Shown piece by piece: positions 47,116 through 59,700 of a DNA stretch of 64,000 bases. The stretch comes from Rebecca billardiae RCC1528. Its lineage: Eukaryota; Protista; Haptophyta. The stretch is from positions 1 to 64,000 of the forward strand of contig OZ251254.1 of assembly GCA_965240325.2 (NCBI GenBank), written 5' to 3'. Position 1 is the first letter of the stretch. Each line of letters starts with the position of its first letter. The notes beneath the pieces are model-generated. The model did not search any database. It saw only the letters and a program-made list of their open reading frames with translations, and was not told the DNA's origin. The position numbers were made by a program, and so were the translations under genes.

Positions 47116-47979
47116 TCACGGCTTCTTGCGCCCGCCGCCGCCCGGCGACGCGCCGTTCGTCGCGCCGCCGCCGTTCCGCGCGCCGCCCGCCGGCTGCTTG
47201 CGCCCACTCGCCGCCGCCGCGCCGCCGAGACCGGCGTCGCGCGCGAGTTTCTTGAGCAGCGCGGCCGTCCAAAATGCATTTAGAATTAAAGGCAGCACGG
47301 ACATCCAGCCCATCATCTGCGCGGTGCGCGTGGGGCCGCACGCCTCGGCGCCGAGCGGCGGGTGCAGCGCCCACGTGCGCAGCAGGAACGGGATCGGCGC
47401 CGTCCGGACCGCGAGGAACGACGCGCCGAAGAGTCCGGTGCTCAGCCCGAACGCCGGACTCTCCTTGCCGCCGAGCGCGCCGATCAGTGTGCGCGCCGAG
47501 AGAAAGATGGACGAGAGCTCGGTGGAGAGGCAGTAGGCGATCCACGGCTGCGCGAAGGTGACGTCGACCGAGCTCGTCCAGCACGCGATCGAGAGCACGT
47601 GGTGCGCCACCATCAGCCACGAGAACGGCTGCCAGTGCCCGCTCATCGCCAGGTCGTAAAAGAAAAATCCGGCAGACATGGCGGCGGGCGTGTCGAAGCC
47701 GGGGACGCGGGCGTGCCAGAGCGCGGCGCCCGAGAGGAGCGCGCGCCACGGCACGATTGGCAACGATGCCGCCGTCACGAGCACGTTGTGCACGAGGCAC
47801 ACGCACGCGTGTGACGCCTCGGGCACGCGCGCCGCCGAGCCGCCGCCGCCGCCGCCGCCGCCGCTGCCGCCGCCGCCGCGCGGCTTGGTGCCGAGGAGGT
47901 GCGTGAGCAGCGCGCGCGCGAGCGCGTGCAGCGCAAAGCTGCTGCACGCGCCGGCGATCACGAGGCGCGCGGGCCACAT
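47116..47979 (-). CDS. TLC (TRAM/LAG1/CLN8) domain membrane protein
   Basis: SAGFFFYDL; MVAHH; LSTELSSIFL; FLAVR; LNAFW; multiple TM helices. Confidence 0.88.
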   Translation of the reverse strand: MWPARLVIAGACSSFALHALARALLTHLLGTKPRGGGGSGGGGGGGGSAARVPEASHACVCLVHNVLVTAASLPIVPWRALLSGAALWHARVPGFDTPAAMSAGFFFYDLAMSGHWQPFSWLMVAHHVLSIACWTSSVDVTFAQPWIAYCLSTELSSIFLSARTLIGALGGKESPAFGLSTGLFGASFLAVRTAPIPFLLRTWALHPPLGAEACGPTRTAQMMGWMSVLPLILNAFWTAALLKKLARDAGLGGAAAASGRKQPAGGARNGGGATNGASPGGGGRKKP

Positions 47980-48451
47980 GCCCCGCCGGCCGACGGCTCG
48001 CTCGCCCGCGGCGGCGCGGGAGCGCTTGAAGCTTTTCGCGCGGGTGGCTCCGCTGCGAGATGCGCGCGGTCTCAATTTGTGCTTTGCACCCGCGCGGTGG
48101 GTGATGCGGCAGCCATTGTTGATCAGCATCCCTTATTCGTCGTCCATCACTGTTTTTAGTTTTTTCAGTCCGCCTGGCTTATTTCCGTCCTGGCTTTCCG
48201 TGGCGGCCCCGCTGAGCCATCGGATTCCGATTCCAGCAGGATTCGTCGTGTCGTGGTCCGAACGGCTGCGTAGCAGCGCGAGGACGGCCAATCGAAGGGC
48301 GCGCAGGAGGGCCCGTGCCAGGCGCCCCCACGCGCGGCAGCTCGTCCCGTCCAAGCCGCGGCCCGCCGGCCGACCGGCGGGCCGGGCAGTGCGGCGCGCG
48401 TCGGGCAGTGGGCGCCGCGGCGCATCCCGCCATGCAGGCCCGAAGGTGCGC

Positions 48452-50124
<1,673 letters not shown>

Positions 50125-50152
50125 TCAAACTCGCAAGAGGCTGGCTCCGTGG

Positions 50153-50386
50153 ATGGCGGCGTCGGACGAGCAGCTCGTGCACGAGGCGGAGAAGCAGCTC
50201 AAGGCGCGGCTGGCCGCGGCGGCGGAGGGTGCCGAGCCGGACAAGCCCGCGAAGAAGCACCCGCCGCGGCCCAAGCCCAAGCGGCCGGCAGCCGCCGAGC
50301 CGCCGCTCTCCGGACTCGAGAAGGCCACGAAGGCGCGGCGCGCCAAGGCGGCCGCGCGCGCGCGCAACCTGCGGCTGCTCAAGTGA
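50153..50386 (+). CDS. Small basic protein (77 aa) immediately upstream of UXT
   Basis: MAASDEQLVHEAEKQLKARL...LEKATKARRAKAAARARNLRLLK*; strongly G/C-ending codons like neighbouring genes. Confidence 0.6.
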   Translation: MAASDEQLVHEAEKQLKARLAAAAEGAEPDKPAKKHPPRPKPKRPAAAEPPLSGLEKATKARRAKAAARARNLRLLK

Positions 50387-50396
50387 GCGAGTGGGC

Positions 50397-50963
50397 ATGG
50401 CGCCGGCGCGCCAGCACCCGCCGCCGGCGGACGCGTCGCCTGAGCCCTCGCTCACGCCCGCCGAGCGCCGCGCCGCCATCGCCCGCTACGAGGCCTTCAT
50501 CGCGCAGCGGCTGCAGCCCGACTTGCGGCGCGCGCTCGACGCCGCCGACGCCGCCGAGGCGCGCGCGGCGGAGTACGCGGCGCTGCGCGCGCAGCTCGCG
50601 CGGCTGGAGGAGGACGAGGCGCGCGCGGCAGCGCACCACCAAGCCCCCGCCGAGCTCAAGCTCATGACGAACCTCGGCCGCGACTTCTTTGCGCGCGCGC
50701 GCGTGCCGCGCGCCGCACTGCTCTGTGTCGACATTGGGCTCGGCTTTCACGCCGAGCTCACGCGCGCGGAGGCGGCGGCGTGCGCGGAGCGGCACGAGGC
50801 GGCGCTGGGGCAGCGGGCGCGCGAGCTCGCCGAGCGCGCCGCCGCCATCCGCGCGCACATCTCCGTCGTCGTCGAGGCCCTCGCCGAGCTCGCGAGCGCG
50901 GCCGAAGCCGACGCCGCACGCGAGGCGGCTGCGGGCTCGGCCGGGCCGCCGCTGTCCGGTTAG
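50397..50963 (+). CDS. UXT: UXT, alpha-type prefoldin-like subunit
   Basis: YEAFIAQRLQPDL..EYAALR..MTNLGRDFFARARVP..VDIGLGFHAELT..EA..IRAHI..V.EALAEL. Confidence 0.9.
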   Translation: MAPARQHPPPADASPEPSLTPAERRAAIARYEAFIAQRLQPDLRRALDAADAAEARAAEYAALRAQLARLEEDEARAAAHHQAPAELKLMTNLGRDFFARARVPRAALLCVDIGLGFHAELTRAEAAACAERHEAALGQRARELAERAAAIRAHISVVVEALAELASAAEADAAREAAAGSAGPPLSG

Positions 50964-52009
50964 GGCCCCGGACTGCCCAGGCAAGCGCTCCCGTTGATCA
51001 TCCCGTTGCGCAGACCAGTCGTGTGAGACGATCGCGGGCGGCGGGCCCGCGGGCCCCCGGCTTGGCAGGTAGTCGTCGGCCATGTGCGGCGGCGCGCACG
51101 CGGTCTGGCGGCAGCCGCGGACCCGGTCGGATCGACCGCCCGCGGAGCGGCCGAGACGCGCCGCGCGCTAGTGTCTGTAGTAGCATGAGTCATCATGGGC
51201 CCGCTCATGGCGGACCGGCCGGGCCCGCGCAGGTAGTCATTTGAGCAGCGACCGCGGAGATGATCAGGGTGCGCGGTGTTGTTGAATCGCGGGCCGTCAG
51301 CACGAGATGACAAAACTGGCTGGCTAGCTCACAGGCTGGCGGACGCAACTCTCCTGTGGGCTGTGTCCTCGGTTCGCGCTTAGTCGCGTGCGCCGTGTTG
51401 ATGTATAGTAGTGCGGCTTCGGAAATTCTAGCTGCTAGTAACTACGACGCGGACTACTGCTACGATTCTCACCGGCCCCGCGCCAAGGGCCGTCGCAAAT
51501 CCGCACCCGCCGTGCTATAGTATTACTAAATACCACGACCCCTTATTAGTTATTGCGCTCGCAACGCACTGATGCAGCCCGAGCTCTATTTAATCTGGCA
51601 GCAGGTGTTCCATACACATACAGTAATTACGGAAAGCAGGCCATCATCATACTTTACGTTAGGACCCCGCAGGCTTCATATGAGTCACTTCACTCCGCGC
51701 ACTCCTCCCGAAAACCATAACTGCGTCTACCGCTTCGCGGCAATTAGGGCCCTGGCTTATCATCGGTTCAGCAGGTTACCGCGAATGACGATGACGCCGA
51801 GCGGTTGCTACTGTTGAGCGTAGTCATTACGCGGTGTCGCGGTCGGCGCCGCAGGCGGCGCGCGCAGAAAAAAACTGTGCCCTGGCGGGCGGGGGGGTCG
51901 GCGGGCCGTGCCAGTGCTGTCGCAATGTATCCTCTGCGGGTTCGCGTCTTTCCACATTCGCTCGTGGCCGTGGGTGACGGACAGACGAGGGCGAGGACCA
52001 GTGACACCT

Positions 52010-52780
52010 GAAGTAGTTATCTCCCACGTGTACATGTCTGTACTCTGTGCGCATCAGCGAGACCCACATCCACGAGGGAATGTGCAGCACGCGGGGCGGG
52101 GCGGGTAGCCCGTTGCTCCGCGCGAGCGCGGGTACGCGCTGTATGTGCCGCATCTCGACCGCGATGGCGTAATCGAGCGCCTCGCCGCCGACGAAGCCGC
52201 CAGAGTAGATCATGTGCATGTCCTCCTGCCGCCAGCCGAGAGCGGTCGTCGCGAGGATGCTTGCCGATGTCCTCTTCGGGCATGATGGGCTCGGCGCAGG
52301 TCGCGTTGACGTCGTACACGGCCGCCACGCTGAGCACGAGCGCGTTGACGTTCACGCGGTCATCGCTGTTCGCATCTTCGACAGGTCTGGCGCCCGCGTG
52401 TTCGGCGGCACGAGGAGCTGTTGGTTGTGCGCGCGCGCGCGCACAGCGACAGCGTGTGCCACGCGCGATCGAGAGTGGGCAAGAGCTGCTCACGCGGGCA
52501 CACGAATCGCAGCGCATCCGTCACCGGCGTGACGACTTCCGCCTCGTCCTGCAGCGCCTGCGCCACCGACGAGGATGCGTCGATGTTGCATGCTCGACGT
52601 TTCATCTCTCTGCGGATGGCATCACGGGCTTGTCCGTGTCGCGCTGCGGCGTGGGTCGCCAACTCGTTATGACGCGGTTGCTGCCACGGCGACAGACCCG
52701 GGAGGTGCGTCCGCTGCGCGTCGTACGCCGTTGGCGCTGCGCTTCCGTCGCATTGGTCACCGTCGACGCCATGCACGGCG
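52010..52780 (-). pseudogene. Frameshifted coding relic, possibly a transposon-borne Ulp1/C48 protease fragment
   Basis: Protein-like pieces in different frames; DMHMIYSGGFVGGEALDYAI...VLHIPSWMWVSL loosely resembles the N-terminal part of C48 domains; lies in a TE-like island. Confidence 0.35.
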
Positions 52781-53488
52781 GACGCGGGCGTCGGCTCACA
52801 GGCTGAGGGACCGCGAGCGACAGTCCGGTGCGCGGATTCCGGCGATCGAGTTCAGAAGGCCGCGCCAAATCTTGCGTCGCGTGCGATGGCGCTTCCCGCC
52901 CGCGAGACGCCTCGTGATGAGGGCTTTCTCGCACCGAGCCCGACGCGCGACGGTGGATCGCGCGAGGCGGTCATCGTGCGCAGCGCATGATGCTATGGCC
53001 GGTGCGAGCTTTCGACGTGCACGTCGGGCGAGGATCGCCTCAGGTCTCACGATCGTGTCGACGCGCCGAGCGTACCGCTCCAAACGCGTCGATTTAGCCC
53101 CCGTTCGACCTGCACGCGAGACGACGAGGGCAGCAATCGCGAATCGGGCGAAAACACCGTTCGGGAATCCCCGCGCGATGTCCGCGCCGGCGTTGGATTT
53201 GGCGCGCGCGGCCCACGCGCTCCGCGCCACCCGTCTGTTGTTTTCGGCCGAGCGTCCCCAGTGGGAGCTGCGAGGGCGCCCGGTAGTGAGCGAAGCGATT
53301 TTCTTTTCTCTGCGAGGCGATTTTATTTTTTATTTTCCTTTTTCTTATCTTTTTCCCGGGCACTACAAGGGGCGGACCTACGGCCCGCCATTAAGGCGAT
53401 CGAGAAAGTTCTCATCAACAGAAGTTGGCGGGCGCGGGTTATTTGCGGCGTTCACGCTGCGTAGTGCGCGTGCCGCCCACGTACGACG

Positions 53489-55493
53489 ATGCTGATGTCC
53501 GCCCGACCGCCCTCGTCGTCGTTTACCGCCTTCCTGCTGGCGATGGCCGCTTGCCTCGCGGTCCCGGCCGCGTGCTTCGAGTTCGTCATAGGCGGCGAAG
53601 ACGGCCCCGCGTGCGCCATCCTCGACACCAGCGAGACCAAGTGCTGGGGCAGCGGCAGCCGCGGACGGCACGGCCACGGGGACGAAGTGGCCCGCGGCGA
53701 GGTGCCCGGCCAGATGGGCAACAACCTGACGGCGATCGACCTGGGCTCGGGGCGCACGGTGCGGCGGATCTACTCGACGATGGAAAGCGGCGCCTGCGCG
53801 CTGCTCGACAACGACGACTTCAAGTGCTGGGGCTATGGGAGAGACGGCCGCCTCGGGACCGGCGACGAGGTCGACAGAGGCGACGTGAATGGCACGATGG
53901 GCGACAAGCTGCCGGCCATCGAGCTGCCGTCCGGCACGGCGATCGTGAAGGCGGCCGTCGGCGAAGACGTCAGGTGCCTCCTCCTCGACGACACCACCAC
54001 CAGGTGCTTCGGCAACGGGCAGCGGCTCGGCCTCGGCCTGAGCTCCACAAGCACGCAGAGCGTCGGCGACGGCCCTGGTGAGATGGGCGACAACCTGACG
54101 GCCATCGACTTTGGGGCGGGGCGATACGCAGTGGACATCTTCGCCGGCACGGACGGGCTCTGCGCCATCCTCGACAACGATGACCTCAAGTGCTGGGGCG
54201 ACAACCCGACCGGCTTGCTCGGCTACGACGACACACACGACAGAGGGAAGGGCTTTGAGTCGGCATGCCCCGACTGCCATCTCATGGGCGACAAGCTCCC
54301 GGCCGTCAACCTCGGGACCGGCCGGACGGCGAAGACGGTGGTGCTCTCCCAGGTGCACGCCTGCGCGATCCTCGACAACGACGCGCTCAAGTGCTGGGGC
54401 GGCAACGGCCAAGGCGAGCTCGGGTACGAGGATGAGCTCAATCGCGGCGACGGGAAGGACGACGTGCTGCCCAACCTGATGGGCGACAAGCTGCCCGAGG
54501 TCAACCTAGGCACTGGCAGGACGGCCGTCGCAATGAGCCTCGGGGCGCCTGCCTCTGGCACGACGTGCGTGCTGCGCGACGACGGCTCCTACGTGTGCTG
54601 GGGAGACAATCAAGGCAGCATGCTCATGAGTGGTGACAAAGTGGACCACGGCAGGAACCAGGGGGAGATGGGCGACGGCCTTAAGCCCATCTACCTGGGC
54701 AGGCACCCGTCCGACCCGGAGAACCGCAACCGGACGGTCTGCAAGTTCGCGCTGAGCGAGGAGGCGAACTGCGTGCTCCTCGACGACTGCACCTTCGCGT
54801 GCGTCGGCAGCTGGCAGCACGCCGCCCAGGGTGACGGCCAGGACCGCGGCGCAGCGCCAGACGAGGTCGGCGACGGGCTGCTGCCCATCGACCTGGGCGA
54901 CGGCGCCCTCAGCAAGTGCCAGTCGGGTACGGAGACGTGCTTCCTGGAGGCCGCGTCGCCACCACCGAGCCCGCCGGCCCCGCCGCCGAGCCCGCCGCCA
55001 CCGCAGCCGCCGCCGCCGCCGCCGAGCCCGCCGCCGAGCCCGCCTCCAACGCCGCCGCCGCAGCCGCCGCCGAGCCCGCCGCCGAGCCCGCCCCCATCGC
55101 CGCCTCCGCCGCCGCCACCGTCGCCGCCGCCGCCATATGTCTGCGGGTCGATGTGCTTCTTCACGGTGCGCGCCGCCGCCGCGCGCCGCCGCGCGCCCTC
55201 GACCTCGTGCCTGCCACCTGCGCCATGGTCTCTGCAACGAGTGGCACTGGCTATCTGCGCTGCTGCTGCTCCGCGAGCTGCGCGCGCGCCGTGCCTGCGC
55301 TCCGGCTGCTCGCGATGAAGCACCGCGCCATCAAATATTCCGAGCACGACCGTCATCAGCAGCGCGCCTGCACCGCGGCGGCGTGCGCCGTCATGACGCA
55401 CGATTGTGCTGCCTACACACCCCGCGGCGTGTGCGCCCGCAGGTGCTCGCCTCCCTCTACAGGGCGGGGTGCGGCATTCTTGGCCTGTGCTGA
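53489..55493 (+). CDS. Secreted RCC1/BLIP-II 7-repeat beta-propeller with SPPP stalk, paralogue 2; exons 53489-55165, 55443-55493
   Basis: Collinear with paralogue 1, same intron position, tail VLASLYRAGCGILGLC*. Confidence 0.9.
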
Positions 55494-56286
55494 CGATGAC
55501 CAACTTACTCCTTAGCGGACAGCACGTCGCAGGTCGTCCTATACTGCTCGTCATCCACACTCCGGCGCCCAGCGCGGCGGCGCGAGGCGGCATGCCGCTC
55601 GCCCATCTCACCGGCGGAGTGCTGAGCCTCGGGCTCCCGGGCGCCGGCCAGGCCCGACGACCCACGCCGACACCGCACGCCCTCGCGCACCGCGCGCGCG
55701 GCTGGCGGCTGCCGGCGCCGCGCCCGGCGCCCGCCCGGCGCGCGCGTCATCCATAATATATATATATACTTATTATAATAATAATAATATAATAATAATA
55801 TATCCTCATCGCGTCATCGTCATCAGCATTGATTGCGGTTATTGGCGCTGCGGCGCGCGGCGCGCTTATCGCGCCCGCGCTGCTGGTTTAGAGAGTGCTG
55901 AGTGGTCCCGGGTCACACTCACTCACTCACAATGGGGCCGGCAATAAGGTTTAAGACGAGTTTATTTATATATATAGTTATATTATTTGGCGCGGTGGGG
56001 TTAGTTTTGGGGTGCCAATCGGGGCGGAGCACTGGGGTGGCCGCTCGAACTTGGGAGAGCATGCTGGCCGCTCCAGCGGCTCGCCATGTCCCACGAGCAG
56101 GCGACGCTGGGCCGTCAATCAAACGCGGCTGTCTCGGCCCGCGTCTACTCCGGGTGCTGGCGCGCATCGCAAGCAAGTGCTTCGACGCGTCGCTTCCGCC
56201 TTGGCATCAGGAGTGCTTGCGGGGGGATCCCCACGGGCCTGGGCAGCACGAGAAGGCGGCTCGCTTCGTGTGCGTCATCGTCTCTT

Positions 56287-56297
56287 ATATATATATA

Positions 56298-56371
<74 letters not shown>

Positions 56372-56440
56372 TTATATTAGCAGCGCAGCAGTAGTAGTAT
56401 ATATACATATATATCATATATATAATTATATAATAATAAC
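56287..56440. repeat. (TA)n / AT-rich microsatellite (similar tracts at 55753-55802, 24780-24825, 35920-35972)
   Basis: Directly visible. Confidence 0.9.
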
Positions 56441-56725
56441 GTATAAACTGTGATGATCCGGCCAGCCGTGAGCCGGCGCCGCCGAGCCCGAAATCCCGAA
56501 TCGGCGAATGCTGGCCCGCACGAGAATCGCGCCGCGCGTCCGCACGCGCCTGCCGGCAGTTAAATACGCAGCGCGTTTATTATTATATAATATAGATAGT
56601 GATGGGGTGATCGGGGGAGTCAGTGTTTTCAGGCGGGTCGTCGTCAGCACTGGCGGTACGGTACGTGCTGACCGTGAAAGATGAAACCGGCTGGCCCAGC
56701 AGGCGACCAATCAAGCAGCGCATCC

Positions 56726-59700
56726 TCAGATGACCGGCCGGGCGGCGCCGAGCGCGTCGCACACCGCGCGCACGACCAGCTCCGCGGGCGTCGCCTCGCC
56801 CTCCTCGTCGCCGCCGAGCGCGGGCGTGTGCAGCCGCGTGCACAGCACCACGATCGTGAGGTCGCACTCACGCACGTGCACGGCCGCGTGCCCGCTGAAC
56901 GGCCGGAGGCAGAGCGCGCCGAACGCGCCGTCGCGCCGGCGCGCGCCGCCAGCACCGCCGCCGGCGCCGCGAGTCGGACCGCACGCGCCATCCGCTGGGT
57001 GAGGGTTAGGGTTAGGGTTAGGGTTAGCGCTCGGCTCGAGCACGTCGAAGAGGCGCATCCCGCCGGCGAGCGCGAGCCGCTCCGCGCCCGCGCCGCCGAG
57101 CACCGCCTCGAGCGCGCGCGCCCAGTCCACCTCCACCGCGGGCTGCGCGAGCGCGTCGTCGAGCGTGCCGCGCGGCGCGAGCGCGCCGCGGCCGAGCGCG
57201 GCTAGAACGCCGCAGAGCGCGCGCGCGGACGCGTGCGCGTTGAGTCCGGGCGCGCACGCGGCGCGCAGCTGCTGCGCGTTCCACACGCGCGGGTCGGCGA
57301 GGTGCGGCCGCGGGAGGAACAGCCGAGCGGCGGCGCGCAGCAGCGCCCGGCGCGAGCGCCCGTCGTCGATCGCGTCGGCGAGCGCCGCGCGCATCTGACG
57401 CAGCGCCGCGCGCGCACCCGGGCCGAGAGGCGGCGCGGCGGCGGCGGCGGCAGCGGCGTGCGGCGGCGCGGCCGACGAGGCGGCGGCGGCGCCGCCGACA
57501 CCGCTCGCGCCGCGCGCGGCGGCGTCGCCGTCCGCGTCCGCGTCCGCGTCGGCGCCCGCGGCGGCGGCGGTGCGCGCGGCGGCGGCATGGTCAGCAAACA
57601 CCGCACCGCCGCCGCCGCCGCCGCCGTCGTCCGCGTCCGCGTCGGCGGCGCCGCGCTCGCCGCCGCCGCCGCCGCCGCCGAGCGCAGCGCCGCCGCCCGG
57701 CGCGGCGGCGATCTCGTGCGGGGAGAGCACAGTCTCCTCGTCCTCCTCGTCCTCCTCGTCGCTCTCCTCGTCGCCCTCGTCGCCCTCGCCGCCCTCGCCG
57801 CCCTCGCCATCCTCGCCGCCATGCTGCGCCGCCAAGTTCCGAACGGCGCCAGTGTCCATAAGTCCGGACACGGCCGCCAAGTCCGGGAGCTGCAGCTTGG
57901 CGAGTCCGGGGGCCCAGCGCCAGTCGGCGGGGAGCGCGGCGGCGCCGCCGGCCGTGCCGGCCGTGTCGGCATCGGGCGGCCCACCGCCGTCGTCCTCGTC
58001 GTCGTCCGCCGCGCCGCCGCCACCACCGCCGCCGCCGCAGCCGTAAGCGAGCTGTGCGCTATTGGCCGCGATCGCGTCGCCGGGCGCGCCGCCCGGTGAC
58101 AGCTCGGCAGCCGGCACGCCCGCCGCCGCGCACGCGTCCGCGGCGAGCTCGGAGAGCTCGCGGCCGGTCGCGCGGCGCAGCGTCTCGCCGAGGATCCAGC
58201 CCTGCGCCAGCCAGCTGTACGCGGCGGTGGGCTCGCGGGGAGATTGCAATCTCGCGCCGCCGCCGTCGGCGGCGGGCTGCTCCGGCGCCGCCGCCGCCGC
58301 GCCCGCGCCGGCGAGCGCGCACTCGGCGGCCTCCATGGCGCGCACGCACGCGGCCCAGTCGCTCAGCTCGGTGAAGCTGCCACGCGGCGTGCACGCGTGC
58401 TCGAGCCCCGCCAGCCGGTGGCGGAGCACGTCGCGGACGGTGATGGCGGCTTTCCGCGCCGCGCGGCGCGCGGCCGCGCGCGCGGCGGGCGAGGGCGGCG
58501 GCGCGGCGGCGCCGGCGCCGCCGCCACCGGCGCGAGCCGCCGCCCCGTCCCCCGCCGCCGCACCGGCCGCGAGCAGCTCGGGCTCGCGCGCGCCGCTCCC
58601 TGCGCTCCCCTCCGGACCCGCCTTCCCCGCACCGCCGCCTGCAACGCCGCCCGCAGAGTTCCCCGCCGAGTTACCCGCATTACCCGCATTACCCGCATTA
58701 CCCGCGAACTCGGGCCAGTAGGCGCACACGGGCGCGTCGAGCGACAATGCGCCCGCGCCGGCCGCGCGCAGCGCGAGCGCGCCGCTGAGCGCGCGCGAGA
58801 GGTCGAGGAGCGGGAAGAGCGTGGCGGGGACGACGGCCCGGGCGTCCACGTCGGAGAGGGTGCCGCCGCACAGCGACGCGAGCGGCGCGCCGCCCAGCCG
58901 CACCGCGACTTGCACGCCGCCCAGCTGCCCGCGCGCCAGCAGCGGCGCGAGCGCCGCGCGCACCGCCGCGGTCACGCGCTCGGCCGCGCCCGGCGGCGGC
59001 GGCGGCGCGGGGGCGGGCGGGAGCGGGTCCGGGTCGTCCTCGAGCGCCGTCGGCGCGCGCGCCTCCGCCGCGCCCGCGTCCTCCCCGCGCGCACCCGCGG
59101 CGCGCGCGGCGCGCGCGGCGCGCGTGAGCCACGGCGGACATGCCTCGCGCAGCGCGCGCGCCGCGTACGGAGCGACGACGTCGAGGTAGGGGAGGCGGAG
59201 GCCGAGCTGCGAGGCGAGGCCCTGCATGAGCTCGTTCGTGCGCACCCAGAAGAGCAGGTCCCCCGGGATCTCGTCGATCGGGCTCGACGAGCCGTACGCC
59301 GCCTTGTCCGCCTCGCGCTTCGCGACGTAGCCCTGGATGTGTTGTCGGTTACTTTCGCGCGCCTCGGCGGAGGGCGCCGTGTCGCGGAAGAGGTGCTGCA
59401 GGTTGTTGAGGTCCTCGGTCGGGTCGAACCGCCGAAAGTGCATGCCCACGTCCTCGAGCGCGCCGAGCACCTCGCCCGTGTCGCGCGTCGCGACGCCGTG
59501 CACCAGCCGCGCGATCGCGAGGCGCGAGCGCTCCGGCAGCGTCTTGCACAGCCCCCAGTCGAGCAGGACCGCACGATGGCTGCCGCCGCCGTCCGCACGA
59601 TGGCTGCCGCCCGCCTGCACGAGGATGTTGCCTGGGCCCAACGAGGCGGCGCGGGCGGGGGGGGGGCGGGGGCGCGGGCGCGGGGCGGGGCGCGCGAGAT

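Noticed and set aside
53489-59000. BLIP-II-like protein and the neighbouring beta-lactamase domain as an inhibitor-enzyme pair
   Set aside because: The propeller is secreted, whereas the lactamase-fold domain is part of an intracellular kinase fusion, is not class A and lacks SxxK; adjacency is probably chance
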